64,000 nucleotides of DNA from the human T2T-CHM13v2.0 reference genome, Homo sapiens. This document shows, piece after piece, positions 1 to 13,649 of this stretch. The notes under the pieces are model-generated. The model saw only the letters and a program-made list of their open reading frames with translations, had not been told where the DNA came from and made no database searches. Location: assembly GCF_009914755.1 (NCBI RefSeq), contig NC_060927.1; one strand, 5' to 3'. Made by a program: the position numbers and the translations under genes. The number at the start of each line of letters is the position of its first letter. Positions within the stretch are counted from its first letter, which is position 1.

Positions 1-1
1 T

Positions 2-303
<302 letters not shown>

Positions 304-1584
304 TGAAGCTCTTTCTTTGTGCTTGTCTGCACCACACTTTGTTGCTGAAAATATCAAGAGACAGTGAACTTTTTCATTCTGCTGCAGACCTATGAATAAT
401 AACATTGTCTTCTGTCAAGCAATCTCTTAAGACTTCCTTGTCACAATCCTCTAAAGAAAAATAATAGAACTTAGCTTGCTGTTCTTCTGATTCTGGAATC
501 ATCGAGTTAACTAAAGCTGTTGTTGGATTGGTTTTTGGTAACTGGGATTTTCACCAAACTTTCAATGTAATGGTATAATGAAGTGAGTTTACCTTGTTCA
601 TGACAAAGTTACAGATGACGTAACATCTTAGGACATTTCATAACCCCCTTAGAGTCCGGGAAAATCTTAAAAATCACCAACTGCAAGTCTCTGTGGTGGA
701 GCTCTCTCTGATTTTCTCTGCTATGTGTTGAATACCTGTACAAACTAGAAAAGAAACTGGTTTTTATTGCTGCTTAAACTTGGGCCAGGAGAAAATTTCT
801 CATTACTTTGGTCCTAAGTGTATTCATATTCAGGTTTGACTTTTCCCTGCTTCTCAATTCAATTGGATTTCATCCAACTCACTTTCATTGAGCACCTTTT
901 AGCAGGTGGGCATTGGACTAAATTATTAACTCCAGGCATTCAGAATTTGTGCTCAGTATCTTTTAATTCGTGGATATTGGAACCATTGCTGGTAATTGAA
1001 AATCTCTTAATACTAATGCCATATTGTTACCAGAATAATAATAGTTTGGAGTGAAGATTATGCTCTAGCTCTATCCCTGTTTAGAATAATTTTGCCCAGA
1101 AAAACTGGGCTCGAAATTACAATTTTATAGATCAGTAAAGATTTAACCAATGAATCAGAGCTAAAGTTGCCAACTTGTAAAATAATTTCAAAGCCCTCAT
1201 ACAGCTCTTCATGGTTATATTTAGACAGGCAGTGTAAATATGACCACTGACACAAGTAAACACTGCAATTTGAAACCACAGATTACCAAAAAATGTGGTC
1301 CCTCGATGGTGGTCAATGGTTTCGATGTGAAGAGGCTGGATGTTCCCCAGTGCACTGGTGGTCATAACTCAACTCGCCAATTCCTTCAGCTGGGAGGACT
1401 CGCAGCACTGCACTCATGGCCTGGCAGCGTAGGCAGAGCATCCACACCTCAGAGGACTCTGGGGCCTGGGACCAAGCCCCAGAACAATTTGCAGAATTGG
1501 TGACTGTAGACCGATATGATTACTCTCTTAACGTGTACACTGTAATTATCTTCATTTTTGTTGTGGTGTTTTTTCTTTTCACAG

Positions 1585-1665
1585 GACCAGTCAATAAAAG
1601 CAATGTGGTGACAGCAAGTACATCCATCCAGCTCCTGGATGAACGGAAATCTCCTGTGGTGGCAG
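1585..1665 (+). CDS. CACNA2D3: Internal coding exon of voltage-gated calcium channel auxiliary subunit alpha2delta-3 (G-PVNKSNVVTASTSIQLLDERKSPVVA), 81 nt, phase 1-1
   Basis: Acceptor ttttttcttttcacag| ends at 1584 and donor GCAG|gtaaat starts at 1666. The peptide matches the alpha2delta-3 sequence as I recall it, and the nested LRTM1 gene fits this locus. Confidence 0.93.
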
Positions 1666-2955
1666 GTAAATAATTGATTGAATCCATGAAGACAAAGTAA
1701 GCATGGCGCCCATTCATCCGGCCAGTGGGCTACTTCTGTGAGGCACGCTTATCCTCCAAAAAGGTTTTCAAAGGAGAAAACAATTTTAAATTACTTCCTT
1801 CTCAGCTTGGTGTCATCTCCTTCAAACCAAGACTCTGACAGCTGGTGGTGGTTGATGTGAAAACAGAAAACTTTCCCAGCGTTTCTATCCTTAAACTCTG
1901 AGCCAGTAAGAAATTGTCAGTACTTGCCGAGGAGAATTTCTTGATGGTAGGTAGCATGTTCATTCAAAGTAAACTCCAGATCTCCAGCTTCTGTGTCATT
2001 AGGATGACAGTGGGCATACAAGGAAATTGCAGGTTTGTTTTAGGCAAACACAAACTGAAATGTGCCCTTCTCCAGAGAGACTGAGATTTTCATCCCCCTA
2101 ATCCCCCTGGGGAATTAGAGTTAGCTGTATCTGCAGGTGCTGTGTTTGGGACCAGGGGAAAGCCAAAATATTATATGACTGAGAGTCTTGAATTGTCAAA
2201 GAAGTCCCGTTTCTGGCTTTTTCCATTTCTCTCACTTTTTAGGAGTGTCAGCAGCTGTCTGTGGATGGCTAGGGGCTTTCATTGGTGGCATTTGGCCTAA
2301 AGGGCTGGCAACTACCAAAAAGCCCTCTTTGAAGACAGATGCTGACATAAAAACAAGGCCCGAGGGTGTGTCTGGCACATGGTTTATTCTGATCACTTTG
2401 GAGCCATTGGTTGATGGGTGGGTGATATGCTCCAAGCACCATCCTGGTATTGGCTGGGTTTACTAAAGAGAGCGATTTTTGTTTTCCAGCAGTCTCCCTC
2501 AATAAGTTGTACTTTAGGGTGACTTAACATCCACTTCTGTGTCTTCACACACTGAATATTTGTGGGAAGGAGTATAAATGGAGCAGATGGAGGAGACCTG
2601 TTTGAAGTGGTTGTTCTTTGGCGAGGAAATACTGCTTTTTTCCCCCCACTTTATTTCTTACTTGGCCTGTGTATAATTGTATTAGTAGGGTTGAAAGATC
2701 TGGGGGTAGTTGCCCTGGTTATTCCTGAGTTACTGGGTGTGACAAGGATGACAGCCTTATGTATCTGACCTGTGGCTCATCTTGAACTAAGCAGACCTAT
2801 TCTTAATCAGCCAGGAGATATGGGCTCTGAGGATTCACAGTTGCTGTCTTCAAATTTTGTCACTTAATGTCTCATGTTCCTTGAGGAAAGTGGGAGACGG
2901 GATCATTTAACTCAACAAGATTTACTTATGCTTAAAGGAGGTCAGGCTTGCTTAC

Positions 2956-3050
2956 CTCCAGGCTGGTCCAGCGAGCTAATTCTGAAGGCATGTTGTCTCC
3001 CGGGAGCTGAGGCCACATGCAGCAGCTGTCAGTGACATGGTCTGGCCAGA
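2956..3050 (-). ncRNA. Candidate 5' exon of an antisense lncRNA (possibly CACNA2D3-AS1)
   Basis: Strong minus-strand donor GAG|gtaagc at 2956/2955. I recall an antisense transcript starting near this CACNA2D3 exon. The 5' boundary is a guess. Confidence 0.35.
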
Positions 3051-4794
3051 ATATCTGGTTGTCTGTTTGAAATTTCTTTTTAAAACCCTTTCTTTGGGTT
3101 TCTAGTTTAGTCATCATGAAGGATGAGCCCTAAGGTCACTGTGCCTGTCCCAGCCACCTCTGTCCAAGTTTACAAACTATGCTCACATGTTTCCAAATGC
3201 CTTACATTTCATAAATGCCTGTTTGGCTGAGTATAGGTGAAACGTGGTCTGAGCCTGAACACTGTGTATCCAGTCTAGAGAAGAACGTGCACTTTCCAAA
3301 TGCTATGCCAGTCTATTGTCGAGTTGCATCGCTGGCCATAGACCACAGGCAGGTCACGAGACACAGTTTGGTCCACCCTGAGTGGGTGGAGAAGGCACCC
3401 TCCTATTTACTGCTTCTCTGTGTATGCCAAATGGCCCCCATTTTCAGAAGATAATTACAGAGCAAGGCCAAGAAGCAAGGTCATTTAAAGAACCGTATTT
3501 AGTCCTTACCTTTTAGAATTGGTGACTGTTACCCTTTTTCAAACTTTGGTAGACGTAAGATAAAACAGAATTGCTTGGTTTTGATGTTGAAGACTGCTGT
3601 GGATGCAGCCCCACGAAGGCAGTGACCTCAAGAAGACCTCTCTGTCTCCAAAAATAGAGCGGCCTCTTCAGCACCCCCTCCCCAAGTTTTCCTGACTCTG
3701 ACTCAACCATCATATCACTGTGTGATTAGGTTTGGTAACTTTCCTCTGTGTATTTTCCTCAAATTAAGTAGACACTGTTTACCACTCTAAAATTAAAAAG
3801 GCCATTTTAATTGGGGAAGAAGCCTTGTTTTGGCAGATGAAGATGAATATGTGAGCAGGCTTTTCTCCCATCAGTGTGCCCCAACAGCAGATGGGAGACA
3901 GCCGACTGGCAGGAATGTTAGGTCTCAATGAAATCCTTGTGTTAAAGTGGAACTCTTCTGAAAGAAGAGGTGTACAACTATGCAAATAATTATCAAGGAC
4001 TCCTTGGAAAGGCCAGCTTCGCTCCCAGGCCTGACCTGGTCATCTCATGTTCATTGGCTATATATGTCTGGGGTAGAAAGAGGTTTTTTTGTTTCATTTT
4101 CTTGTTTTTTGTTTTATTCTCTTCTTTCTCTTTTGTGTGTTTTCTTTTTTAAACAAAAACATTTAGATACTCATCTGTCAATGACACCTTTGAAGAAAGG
4201 CCAGTCAGACTGGGCAAGATTCCATTTGTACGCCAGCCTTGGTGCATAAATGGGCCCCATCCATCTTCCCGGCCTATGACATTGCTTACAGTCCTTCTCT
4301 TGAGAAGCCTGCCAACTCTCCAGCTGCCACCAGTGTGCTGCATTTTCTTAATTGCTTTCCCACTGCACAGGAAGAAGTGGTGGGACTCTCCCTTTGGCCT
4401 ACCAAGTCTCATCCTAGCCCTGGAACCTTCTGTTGTGTCAGGTCCCTCATCCATTGCATTGTTGTCACTGGAAATGCAGATCTTGGACTGTAAGGTCCAC
4501 GCAGTTTGTCATTCACTCTATAACTTGCTAAATGTGTGGTCTTGGGTCTCTAAAGTTCTATCTAAAATAGGCTTGGGATTATTACCTCCCTTGCCTTCCT
4601 GTGTGTCAATTCAGGGATAAAATGAGAAAACAAACAAGAAAATTCTTGGATAAGAGAGAAGAATAAAAATGCTAGAGTTTAGCATAACCCGTTTTTATCT
4701 AAAAGTTGGTGGCATATTCATTCATTCAATAAATAAATATTTCCTGAGCCTCTGCTTTTGCCAGGCACTCTAGCTATAAATAAATAATAACCAG

Positions 4795-5965
4795 TGTCTT
4801 AATCCATTTTGTTTTGTTATAACAGAATACCACAGAATGAGTAATTTTTTTTTATTTAACTTTATTTTAAGTTCAGGGGTACACGTGCACGTTTGTTACA
4901 TAGGTAAACTGTGTTATGGGGGCTTGTTGTACAGATTATTTTATTGCACAGGTATTAAGCCTGGTACCCATTAGTTATTTTTCCTGATCCTCTCCCTCCT
5001 CCCACCCTCCACCCTCCATTAGGTCCTAGTGTGTGTTGTTCCCCTCTCTGTGTCCATGTGTTCTCATCATTTAGCTCCCACGTATAAGTGAGAACATGCG
5101 GTATTTGGTTTTCTGTTCCTGCATTAGTTTGCTAAGGATAATGGCCTGCAATTCCATCTGTGTTCCTGCAAAGGACCTGATCTCATTCTTTTTTTATGGC
5201 TGCATAGTATTCCATGGTGTATATGTACCACATTTTCTTTATCCAGTCTATCATTGATGGGCATTTAGGTTGATTCCATGTCTTTGCTATTGTGAATAGT
5301 GCTGCAGAAAACATACACTTGGATGTGTCTTTATGATAGAATGATTTATATTCCTTCGGGTATATACCCAGAAATGGGATTGCTGAGTAGGATGGTAGTT
5401 CTGTTTCCAGCTCTTTAAGGAATCGCAACACTGTTTTCTACAATGGCTGAACTAATTTACACTCCCACCAACAGTGTATAAGCACTCCTTTTTCTCTCCA
5501 ACTTCACCAGCATCTGTTATTTTTTGACTTTTTAATAATAGCCATTCTGACTGGTGTGAGATGATATCTCATTGTGGTTTTGATTTGCATTTATCTAATG
5601 ATCAGTGATGTTGAGCTTTTTTTCATATGCTTGTGAGCTGCATGTATGTCTTCTTCTGAGAAGTGTCTATTCATGTCCTTTGCCCACTTTTTAATGGGGC
5701 TATTTGTTTTCTCTTGTAAATTTGTTTAAGTTCCTTATAGATACTGGACATTAGACTTTTATCAGATGCTTAGTTTGCAAAAATTTTCTCCCACAGAATG
5801 GGTAATTTATACAGAAAATAAATTTATTTCTTACAGTTCTGCAGGCTGCAAACCCCAAGATCCAGGTGCCCACATCTGGCAAGAGCCTTCGTGCTGTGTC
5901 ATGTTATGACAGAGGGCAGAAGGTAGAAGGGCAAGAGAGCACACACAAGAGAAGAGAAAGGGCAA
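4795..5965. mobile_element. MaLR LTR fragment (MST/MLT1A-like) split by an L1 insertion
   Basis: tgtcttaatccatttt...ataacagaataccacaga resumes after the L1 as gggtaatttata...aatttatttcttacagttctg. Confidence 0.75.
4848..5793 (-). mobile_element. 5'-truncated L1PA (older L1PA subfamily): 3' UTR and end of ORF2
   Basis: ORF2 C-terminal remnant (ALFTIAKTWNQPKCPSMIDWIKKMWYIYTMEYYAAIKK). TSD ccacagaatg(a/g)gtaattt at 4830-4847 and 5791-5808. Confidence 0.93.
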
Positions 5966-7396
5966 AACCTATTTTGCCTTAACTTACTTATTGTTGACTT
6001 GAGTTTTATAAATTACGCTGATCGTGGTGGTGATTCTTTACTTTGTTCTCCCTGGAGAGACCTGGCCCACTAGTCCAGCAGTCATAGGCACCGCATCTAC
6101 CATATCAGGGTAGAAATGACCTGGTACAAAGAAATACAGGGAGGCAGAATTGAAGCAAGATGGAAGGTGTGGCCCTGCAGGAGACTTCTTCCCCTCCTCA
6201 AATCGTCTGTCTGACTTCCCTGTTTATCTTCTAGACCCTCCCTCTGACAAATACAAGATACTCAATCCCAATATTTGTTAACAATTTCAGACTTCTAGAG
6301 ATGTGTAAAATATTAAATAATGAAATCTGAATTATGTGCACTTGCTTTAAAGTGTACCTTTTAACATACCAAAATCTAAAATTGCTCCTAAAAATGTTTC
6401 ATTTTGATTTCTTAGATAGTTTTGAACTCTTTAAGGGCAAAGACCCAATTATCTTTTTATTCCCAGTGCCAAGTACAAGGGCTAACATACGGTCCATATG
6501 GGAGCGATACTGGATAAATACATGATTCAAGGAAGACGGGCTTCATTTTCACCTTCTTTATGTAGGTACATATTTATTGACCAGATAGTGGAAACATAGT
6601 ACTTGACTAAAACTCTAAGACAGATAATCACTCAGTAGCTAAAACTCCAGTCCATACTATAGTAATATGATATTGATCAATATGAATATTTTAAGGAATA
6701 GAAAATTGTTTTGTGTCCCATCCCAAAAGCAACCTTGTTGGACCAGTAGTTATCTCTGCATCAGTAGATGTCTTTTCTGAGGTCCGGGCATCTAAGGTGA
6801 TGCTTAGAATAGCTAATCTGATCACATCAGCAGATAAAAAGGAGTATAGACACCAGAGACATTGGTTTCTTATAGAAACTGCTCTTTTTAAACAGCTTTA
6901 TTGAGGTAGGATTTATATATCTTTTTAAATTATAAAATTCAATGAATTTTAGTAAGTTTGGGAGTTGATTTGCAAGAAACACAGAACACTTTAGATCTGT
7001 TACTGGAGAAATTTGAAAATGTGGGTTATGTGGTCTCATTTGCATAACTCAGGGCAGTGTAATGAAGGGGAAGATCCCATTTAACCAGCTAATTAGGAAA
7101 GGGATTGATTAACATCAGTGATCATTAACTGTTGCCAAGTATGTGGTATTTAATCTGAATGCAGTATTTACTATGGGCCCTTCATTAGAGTTAGGTGAAT
7201 AATGCTGGCAAAATGTTCTAGGCAAAAATTTAACTTGTGAACATTCCTTTGGTGGGATCTCACATATTTGGTATGTAGGAGTTAACTAGTATGTCAGAAA
7301 GTGTGTATCAAGTCTGCCTGGATAAACCTCTAGTTTTTAAAATCTGAGCAAAGGAACTGTTTTATTTTGGCAAAAATGAAAACTTACTGATTAAAC

Positions 7397-7611
7397 CAGT
7401 AGTTTCCAACCGGGGGTGATTTTGCCACCAGGGGACATTTGGCACCATCAAAAAACATTTCTGATTGGCACTACTGGTTAGGAGGATGCTACTGGCATCT
7501 AGTGGGTAGAGGTCAGGAATGGTGCTAAACATCTTGCAAAGCGCAGGACAGCCTCCACAACAAAGAATTATGTGGTTCACATGTCAGTAGTGCTGAGATT
7601 GAGAACTGTTG
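7397..7611. mobile_element. MER20 hAT-Charlie MITE
   Basis: Contains gggggtgattttgcc...ggatgctactggcatctagtgggtagagg...acaacaaagaattat. 8-bp TSD gattaaac/ggttaaac. Confidence 0.88.
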
Positions 7612-7707
7612 GGTTAAACTGACAGGTAAACTTCAACTCAGTGCTTTCAAATTCAGTGTTTTTCCTTATAGACTAACAATCTTGATTCATTTCTTTATTT
7701 TTAATTA

Positions 7708-8310
7708 ACTCATTCAATAAATATATATATTGCACCTACAGTGTTCCTAGCGCTGGGGATACAGCTGTGAACAAGTACCCCAGAAGGCACTGTGGAGGGT
7801 GTCAGGCGATTGTCAATTGATGACAAGGGCACTGTTGGCATCGATGTCCAGAGACTGAGATGACAGCTTCCCAATGAAGAATTGTTCCACACAAATGCTG
7901 CAGCAACCTCTGAGAATGCTGAGCATGGCCAAGTTGCTGCCAATGGAGAGCTTCCATTTGTGTGGCAGATACACACAAGTATTGCAGGAATGAGAGACAG
8001 GAAGGGAAGGAAGGGAAGAAGTGAAAGGGAGGGAGGGAGGAAGAAGGAAGGAAGGAAGGATTGATTTCTAGTAGTGGTAAATACTCTCTAGAAATGGAGT
8101 AGGATTAAGAGATGAAATGTGGTTGGCAGTGGCAAAGGGGAGAGGAAGTGCGCAGCCATGTGCACATGGGTATGTGGTGGGGCAATGCCTTTCCAGGTTG
8201 GGGGTGGTTTGAGAAGGCCTCCCTGATGAGGTGACATGAATGGAGGTCTGAATCATGAGACGCAGTCTGCAGTCATCATGCAAAGATATACAGGAAGAGT
8301 ATATCCCATA
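7708..8310 (-). mobile_element. Degraded L2 fragments interrupted by a (GGAA)n-like purine tract (~7998-8060)
   Basis: cattcaataaata...gctggggatacagctgtgaacaag and gaaggcctccctgatgaggtgacat are typical L2 3' motifs. Confidence 0.6.
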
Positions 8311-9545
8311 TACAATGGGAACTAATGCCTCCAGTAACCTGCAATGAGATTCCTCATCCATGTGTCCATATTCCACGTGGGTGCTGTGAGACCTGAATGA
8401 GTCTCTTGGGTTTTGGGGGTAGTTACCAGGTTCTACAACCAGAGCTGATGAGTAGGTGGGTAGCTGACCCAGGGAAAGTGGGCAACCCAAGGCAAGTCTT
8501 TGCTCTGAATGTCAACTATGAGATGGGACTTTTTATATGTTTGACATTTTTATTAAGCTAACAAATGAGTACTATGCAGGGACAGAAGCAGGTCTAAGCC
8601 AGTAGGACTGACAACAGCAAACTTTATAGAAATGGGTTAGTGATGTAGCTATAGGTCACACTTTATTTAAAGTCTACAGCAGAGTTTGAGAGTGAGAGCT
8701 GGACATTAGAGCAGCTGCTCTGCATACCACACAGTAGCCAGTGACAAGGGCATGTTGAGGATTATTGCCCCAGGAATAAAAATAGCCCAGAGTTTTGAGA
8801 AACTGGATCCTCTGTGCTCACTCTCCAGGACACTTGCTCCCAAGAGTTACTGTCCCTTTCTAAACTCCTCAAAAGCCCCAACGCGCCCTCCACTCAAAAA
8901 TGAGCAGCAGAATTTTGGGGTGACACATCCTCTTACCTGCTTGTGTGTTCTAAATCAGCAAGTTAAGCCACTTCTTTTAGAGGTCATGGTGGGATGTGGA
9001 CATAAAAGACAGTGTGAACTGAGTATTTATGAGTGAGCACAGGCCATCCCCTTCCCCAGGCCTCACCCCTGTGCCTTCCTTTTCACATGTGTAAGAGGAG
9101 GTTGTTTGGTGCAGAGGTTGGATCTCTAACAGCCTCATTTTTAAAAGGTGGACATTTATTTTACCACCAGAGAAAAGGGAAGGAATTAACCAATACTGGA
9201 ATATGTCTTAGACCCAGATTCAGTCTTGCGTTTGGGGGAGTGTCTGATTCCTGTTGAGAGAAATAAGTTTTTATGTATATAAAGTTTTTGGTAAATGCTT
9301 ACATCTGGGTGGGTAATAATCATTAGCTGCTAAATTATTATTGTCGCCCTCTTCATTAAGAATTACCATATGTTACGCCCACTGCTGCTCACTAGTCAGT
9401 GCTGTTTCCTGTATTATGTTATTTTTTCTGAAAACTTGCATATCAGAAGATTATATTAATAATATCTTGATATGTTTTGTATTAAAACTTTGAAACTCAC
9501 ACTTTCACATACCTGTGCCTCAGAGCTGAGGTTCGCAAACTACAG

Positions 9546-10538
<993 letters not shown>

Positions 10539-11340
10539 TCTTGTGAGCTCTCCACTGCCTGTTTTTGTAGAAAAAGTTGTATTGAAATGCAGCCATGCCC
10601 ATATTGTCTGTGAATACCTTCTTGCTAAAATGGCAGAGCTGAGTAGATGGAGGGGTAGAGACCATAGAAACTGCAAAGCCAAAAATATCCACTACCTGCT
10701 CCTTCACAGAAAAAGCTTGCCAAACCCAACTTCACATGAAAATATGTCACATATTCTATTTAAAAGAACAACGAAAAAGGCTGATTTGTTCACTCACCTA
10801 TTTAAACATGTTTCTATAAAAATGAAGTAGATATTTAAATCAGAGGTTATGTAAGTGGATGCCGAAGACAGAGCTTTGTGTATCAGAGGTTGTGCATCGG
10901 TAGTGCCTAATGTTTTTGTCTGTGTGGTTACACAGAAATTCCAATCAAAGATCCTAAGCTTTCTAAAAATATATGTTTTCATTGTAAGTCAAGACAGTGA
11001 TTTAGTTAATCTTCACTCTAGCTTATAAATCTCTGAACAGTGCAATCAGCATAATGCTTGGTAGAACATTGAAAATGCCCTCACATGCTTTGGTGGAAAA
11101 CAGTTTATGGGATTTTTTTTTTTTTCCAACATGGCTCATGAGAGATTTGGGGATTTATTTAACCGCCTTTATCCAGGCAAATCTCCTAGTGACCTTGTTG
11201 GGATTTTGATCTCAGTTAAGACTAGAATATATGTGACTCATGCTAAGTAAAGGGCCCACAGAGGATAGATGAGCTGACATGAATTTCCCTCCCTTGGGAA
11301 AAAAGGGACGGGCATGAGCAGAATCTGCAGCAGAAGAGTC

Positions 11341-11710
11341 CAAGCTTGTCCAACCTGCAGCCCATGGGCTGTGCAGCTTCAAATGCAGCTCAACACAAAT
11401 TCATAAACTTTCTTAAAACATTATGAGATTTTTTTTGTGATTTTTTTTTTTTTTTTTTTTTAGCTCATCAGCTATCATTAGTGTTAATATATTTTGTGTG
11501 CAACACAGGTGGAGAACCCTGGGGCCCTGCAACATTTACAAGTCAGGGAGATGAGTGAATCAGCAAATGAGACCTAGGAGGGTTGGACAGTGAGGTCGGC
11601 TAAGAACCAAGTAAAGGGAGACTTCAAGGAGAAAGTGATCAGCGTGGTGAAGAAGACAATTCTTCTTCTTCCAGTGTGGCCCACGGAAGCCAAAAGATTG
11701 GACATCCCTG
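11341..11710. mobile_element. MER30 hAT MITE interrupted by a 152-bp insert (11501-11652)
   Basis: caagcttgtccaacc...aacacaaattcataaactttcttaaaacattatgaga...agctcatcagctatc on the left, aagacaattcttcttcttcca...gccaaaagattggacatccctg on the right. Confidence 0.88.
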
Positions 11711-12429
11711 CCTAAACCCTTTGACTTGACTGAAAGTCCAGTACATGGACTTTCTTGCCTGAGGAAAATGCTTTGATCAGTGTCTGGTGGGAAAGGGACA
11801 GTGCTGATCAAAGGCTTTTTATTCCCAATGTCTCCCAAAGTTTGCACTTACCAAGAACTCCTGGGTTCTCTTCTGGGTGAGAAGATGTGCAGGATGTTAG
11901 GATCAATGCCTGAATGTCATGGTCACCTCAAGGCCAAAGTACACAATTATACATGACACAGCTCAGGCAGATGGTAGTAGGTAATTGTCTTTCAAAATAA
12001 AATTTCAGAATGAAAACATCGTGTATGGTCATAGTATATGCTTTACCATTCTTCCACCAACTTCCAGATTTTATGATATAGTCAGGTTTTTAAGTCAAAA
12101 GTATTCTGTTACATTATTTTATTTGTGTGATGCATTACTCATTCTTTTATGCTATATGCTCCTCTGCCTTGCTGTTTTCCATTTTCTCTGGAACCCACTC
12201 CACAATGAAATATTCCTCATGAAGGTCACCAGTAATTTCAGTAACTTCCATTGTTCTTTTGTCGTGGCCTATTAGCAGTGCTTCACCATGTTGATCACTT
12301 TCTCCTTGAAGTTTCCCTTTACTTGGTTCTTAGCTGACCTCACTGTCCAACCCTCCTAGGTCTCGTTTGCTGATTCACTCATCTCCCTAACTAGTAAATG
12401 TTGGAGGGCCCCAGGGTTCTCCACCTGTG
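11504..12429. repeat. 149-bp inverted repeat pair (11504-11652 / 12281-12429), 628-bp spacer
   Basis: Manual alignment of the reverse complement: 141/149 identical, no gaps. Confidence 0.97.
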
Positions 12430-12690
12430 CTCCTATTTACTCTCAAGGCTTTGAACACTGTTCATAAACTGGTGATTCCCAAGCCACACTTCTCTTACTT
12501 GACCTTACTTGCCTATTCAGTGTCTCTACTCTTTCCCCAATAGGCCTGTCAAATTCATTAGATGCCAGGCTGAAGTCCTGATTGCATTCACACCCTCCCC
12601 CTCCACCCTTTCTCCATAGCCTTGATAATTTAAAATCCAACTCAATAATTCTCATTTTCTAGTTAGTCCAAAACCTTTGGAGTGATTCAT
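12200..12690 (+). mobile_element. L2 fragment
   Basis: aaggtcaccagt...gttgatcactttctccttgaa...aaatgttggagggccccagggttc...aaaacctttggagt. Confidence 0.7.
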
Positions 12691-12691
12691 T

Positions 12692-13064
12692 TATTTTTTT
12701 AAACAAAGCATGTCATCTTGGATAATATTGAATGTACTCAAAAGTAGACAGAAAAAAATACAATGAAATTCCACGTATCTTGTGCCCAATCCCAGTAGCC
12801 ATCAACCCTTGGCCACTGTGTCCTTCAATTTGCCAATCCACAACCACCCCTCCCATATTATTTTAAATCAAATCTTAGTCATTACATCGTTTCATTCATA
12901 AATACGTCAGCCTACATCTTTAAAAGATAAGGACTTCTTTGGATTTTAATATAGCGATACAATTACCTAAAAATAATTCCTAAATCTATTACCTAGTCAG
13001 AATGTAAATTCTAGTTGTCTCAAAAGTGTCATTTATTTTTTACAATTTGTTTGAATCAGGATCT
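12692..13064 (-). mobile_element. Old L1 (L1MC-like) 3' end
   Basis: caaaagtagacaga...ttattttaaatcaaatc...tttaaaagataaggac...tttgtttgaatcaggatc. Confidence 0.65.
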
Positions 13065-13288
13065 TCTTCCTCTTCTTCTTTTTCTCTTCTTCCTCTTCCT
13101 CCCCTTCCCCCTCCCCGCTTCTCCTCCTCCCCCTCCTTCTTTGTCGTCTTTTTTTTTTTTTTTTTTTTTAAAGAGATGGGGGTCACACGTTTTTCCCCAG
13201 ACTGGTCTTGAACTCCTGGGCTCGAGTGATCCTCCTGCCTCAGCCTCATGAGCAGCTGGAACTACAGGCATGTACCCCTGTGCCTGGC
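13065..13288 (-). mobile_element. Alu monomer (FLAM-like) with expanded purine-rich tail
   Basis: Monomer at ~13149-13288, CT-rich low-complexity tract at 13065-13148, perfect TSD tttgaatcaggatct at 13050-13064 and 13289-13303. Confidence 0.88.
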
Positions 13289-13649
13289 TTTGAATCAGGA
13301 TCTGGAAGTCATTCTTGACTCTTTCCTTTTCCTCCTACCTACAACCAATCTGCCTATAAATCCTGTTATTTCTTTCAGTTATGTACAGAGTCTGACCACT
13401 TCTCAGCACTTCCACTGTTCCCTCAGTGGGCCGCTCCACTTTCAACTCTGCCCTGGATTGTCATAGAAGCAGCAGCTTCTACCGCTTCCCCTGTCTTCTC
13501 CCAACCTTCACCTCTTCATTTTATTCTTCATATGAGCCACAGAAATCATGTTAAAGATAAGTAATATCATGTCACTCTTCTATCCAAAACTCTCTATTGA
13601 CTTCCCACTTTACTCAGAGCTAAAAGCCAAAATTCTCACAGAGGTCCAG

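Noticed and set aside
5183-5431. 82-aa ORF resembling L1 ORF2 C-terminus (also 9786-10037)
   Set aside because: Dead truncated L1 remnants with non-ATG starts.
13015-13271. Lys/Arg/Glu- and Pro/Phe-rich ORFs
   Set aside because: Artefact of the low-complexity tract and poly-T.
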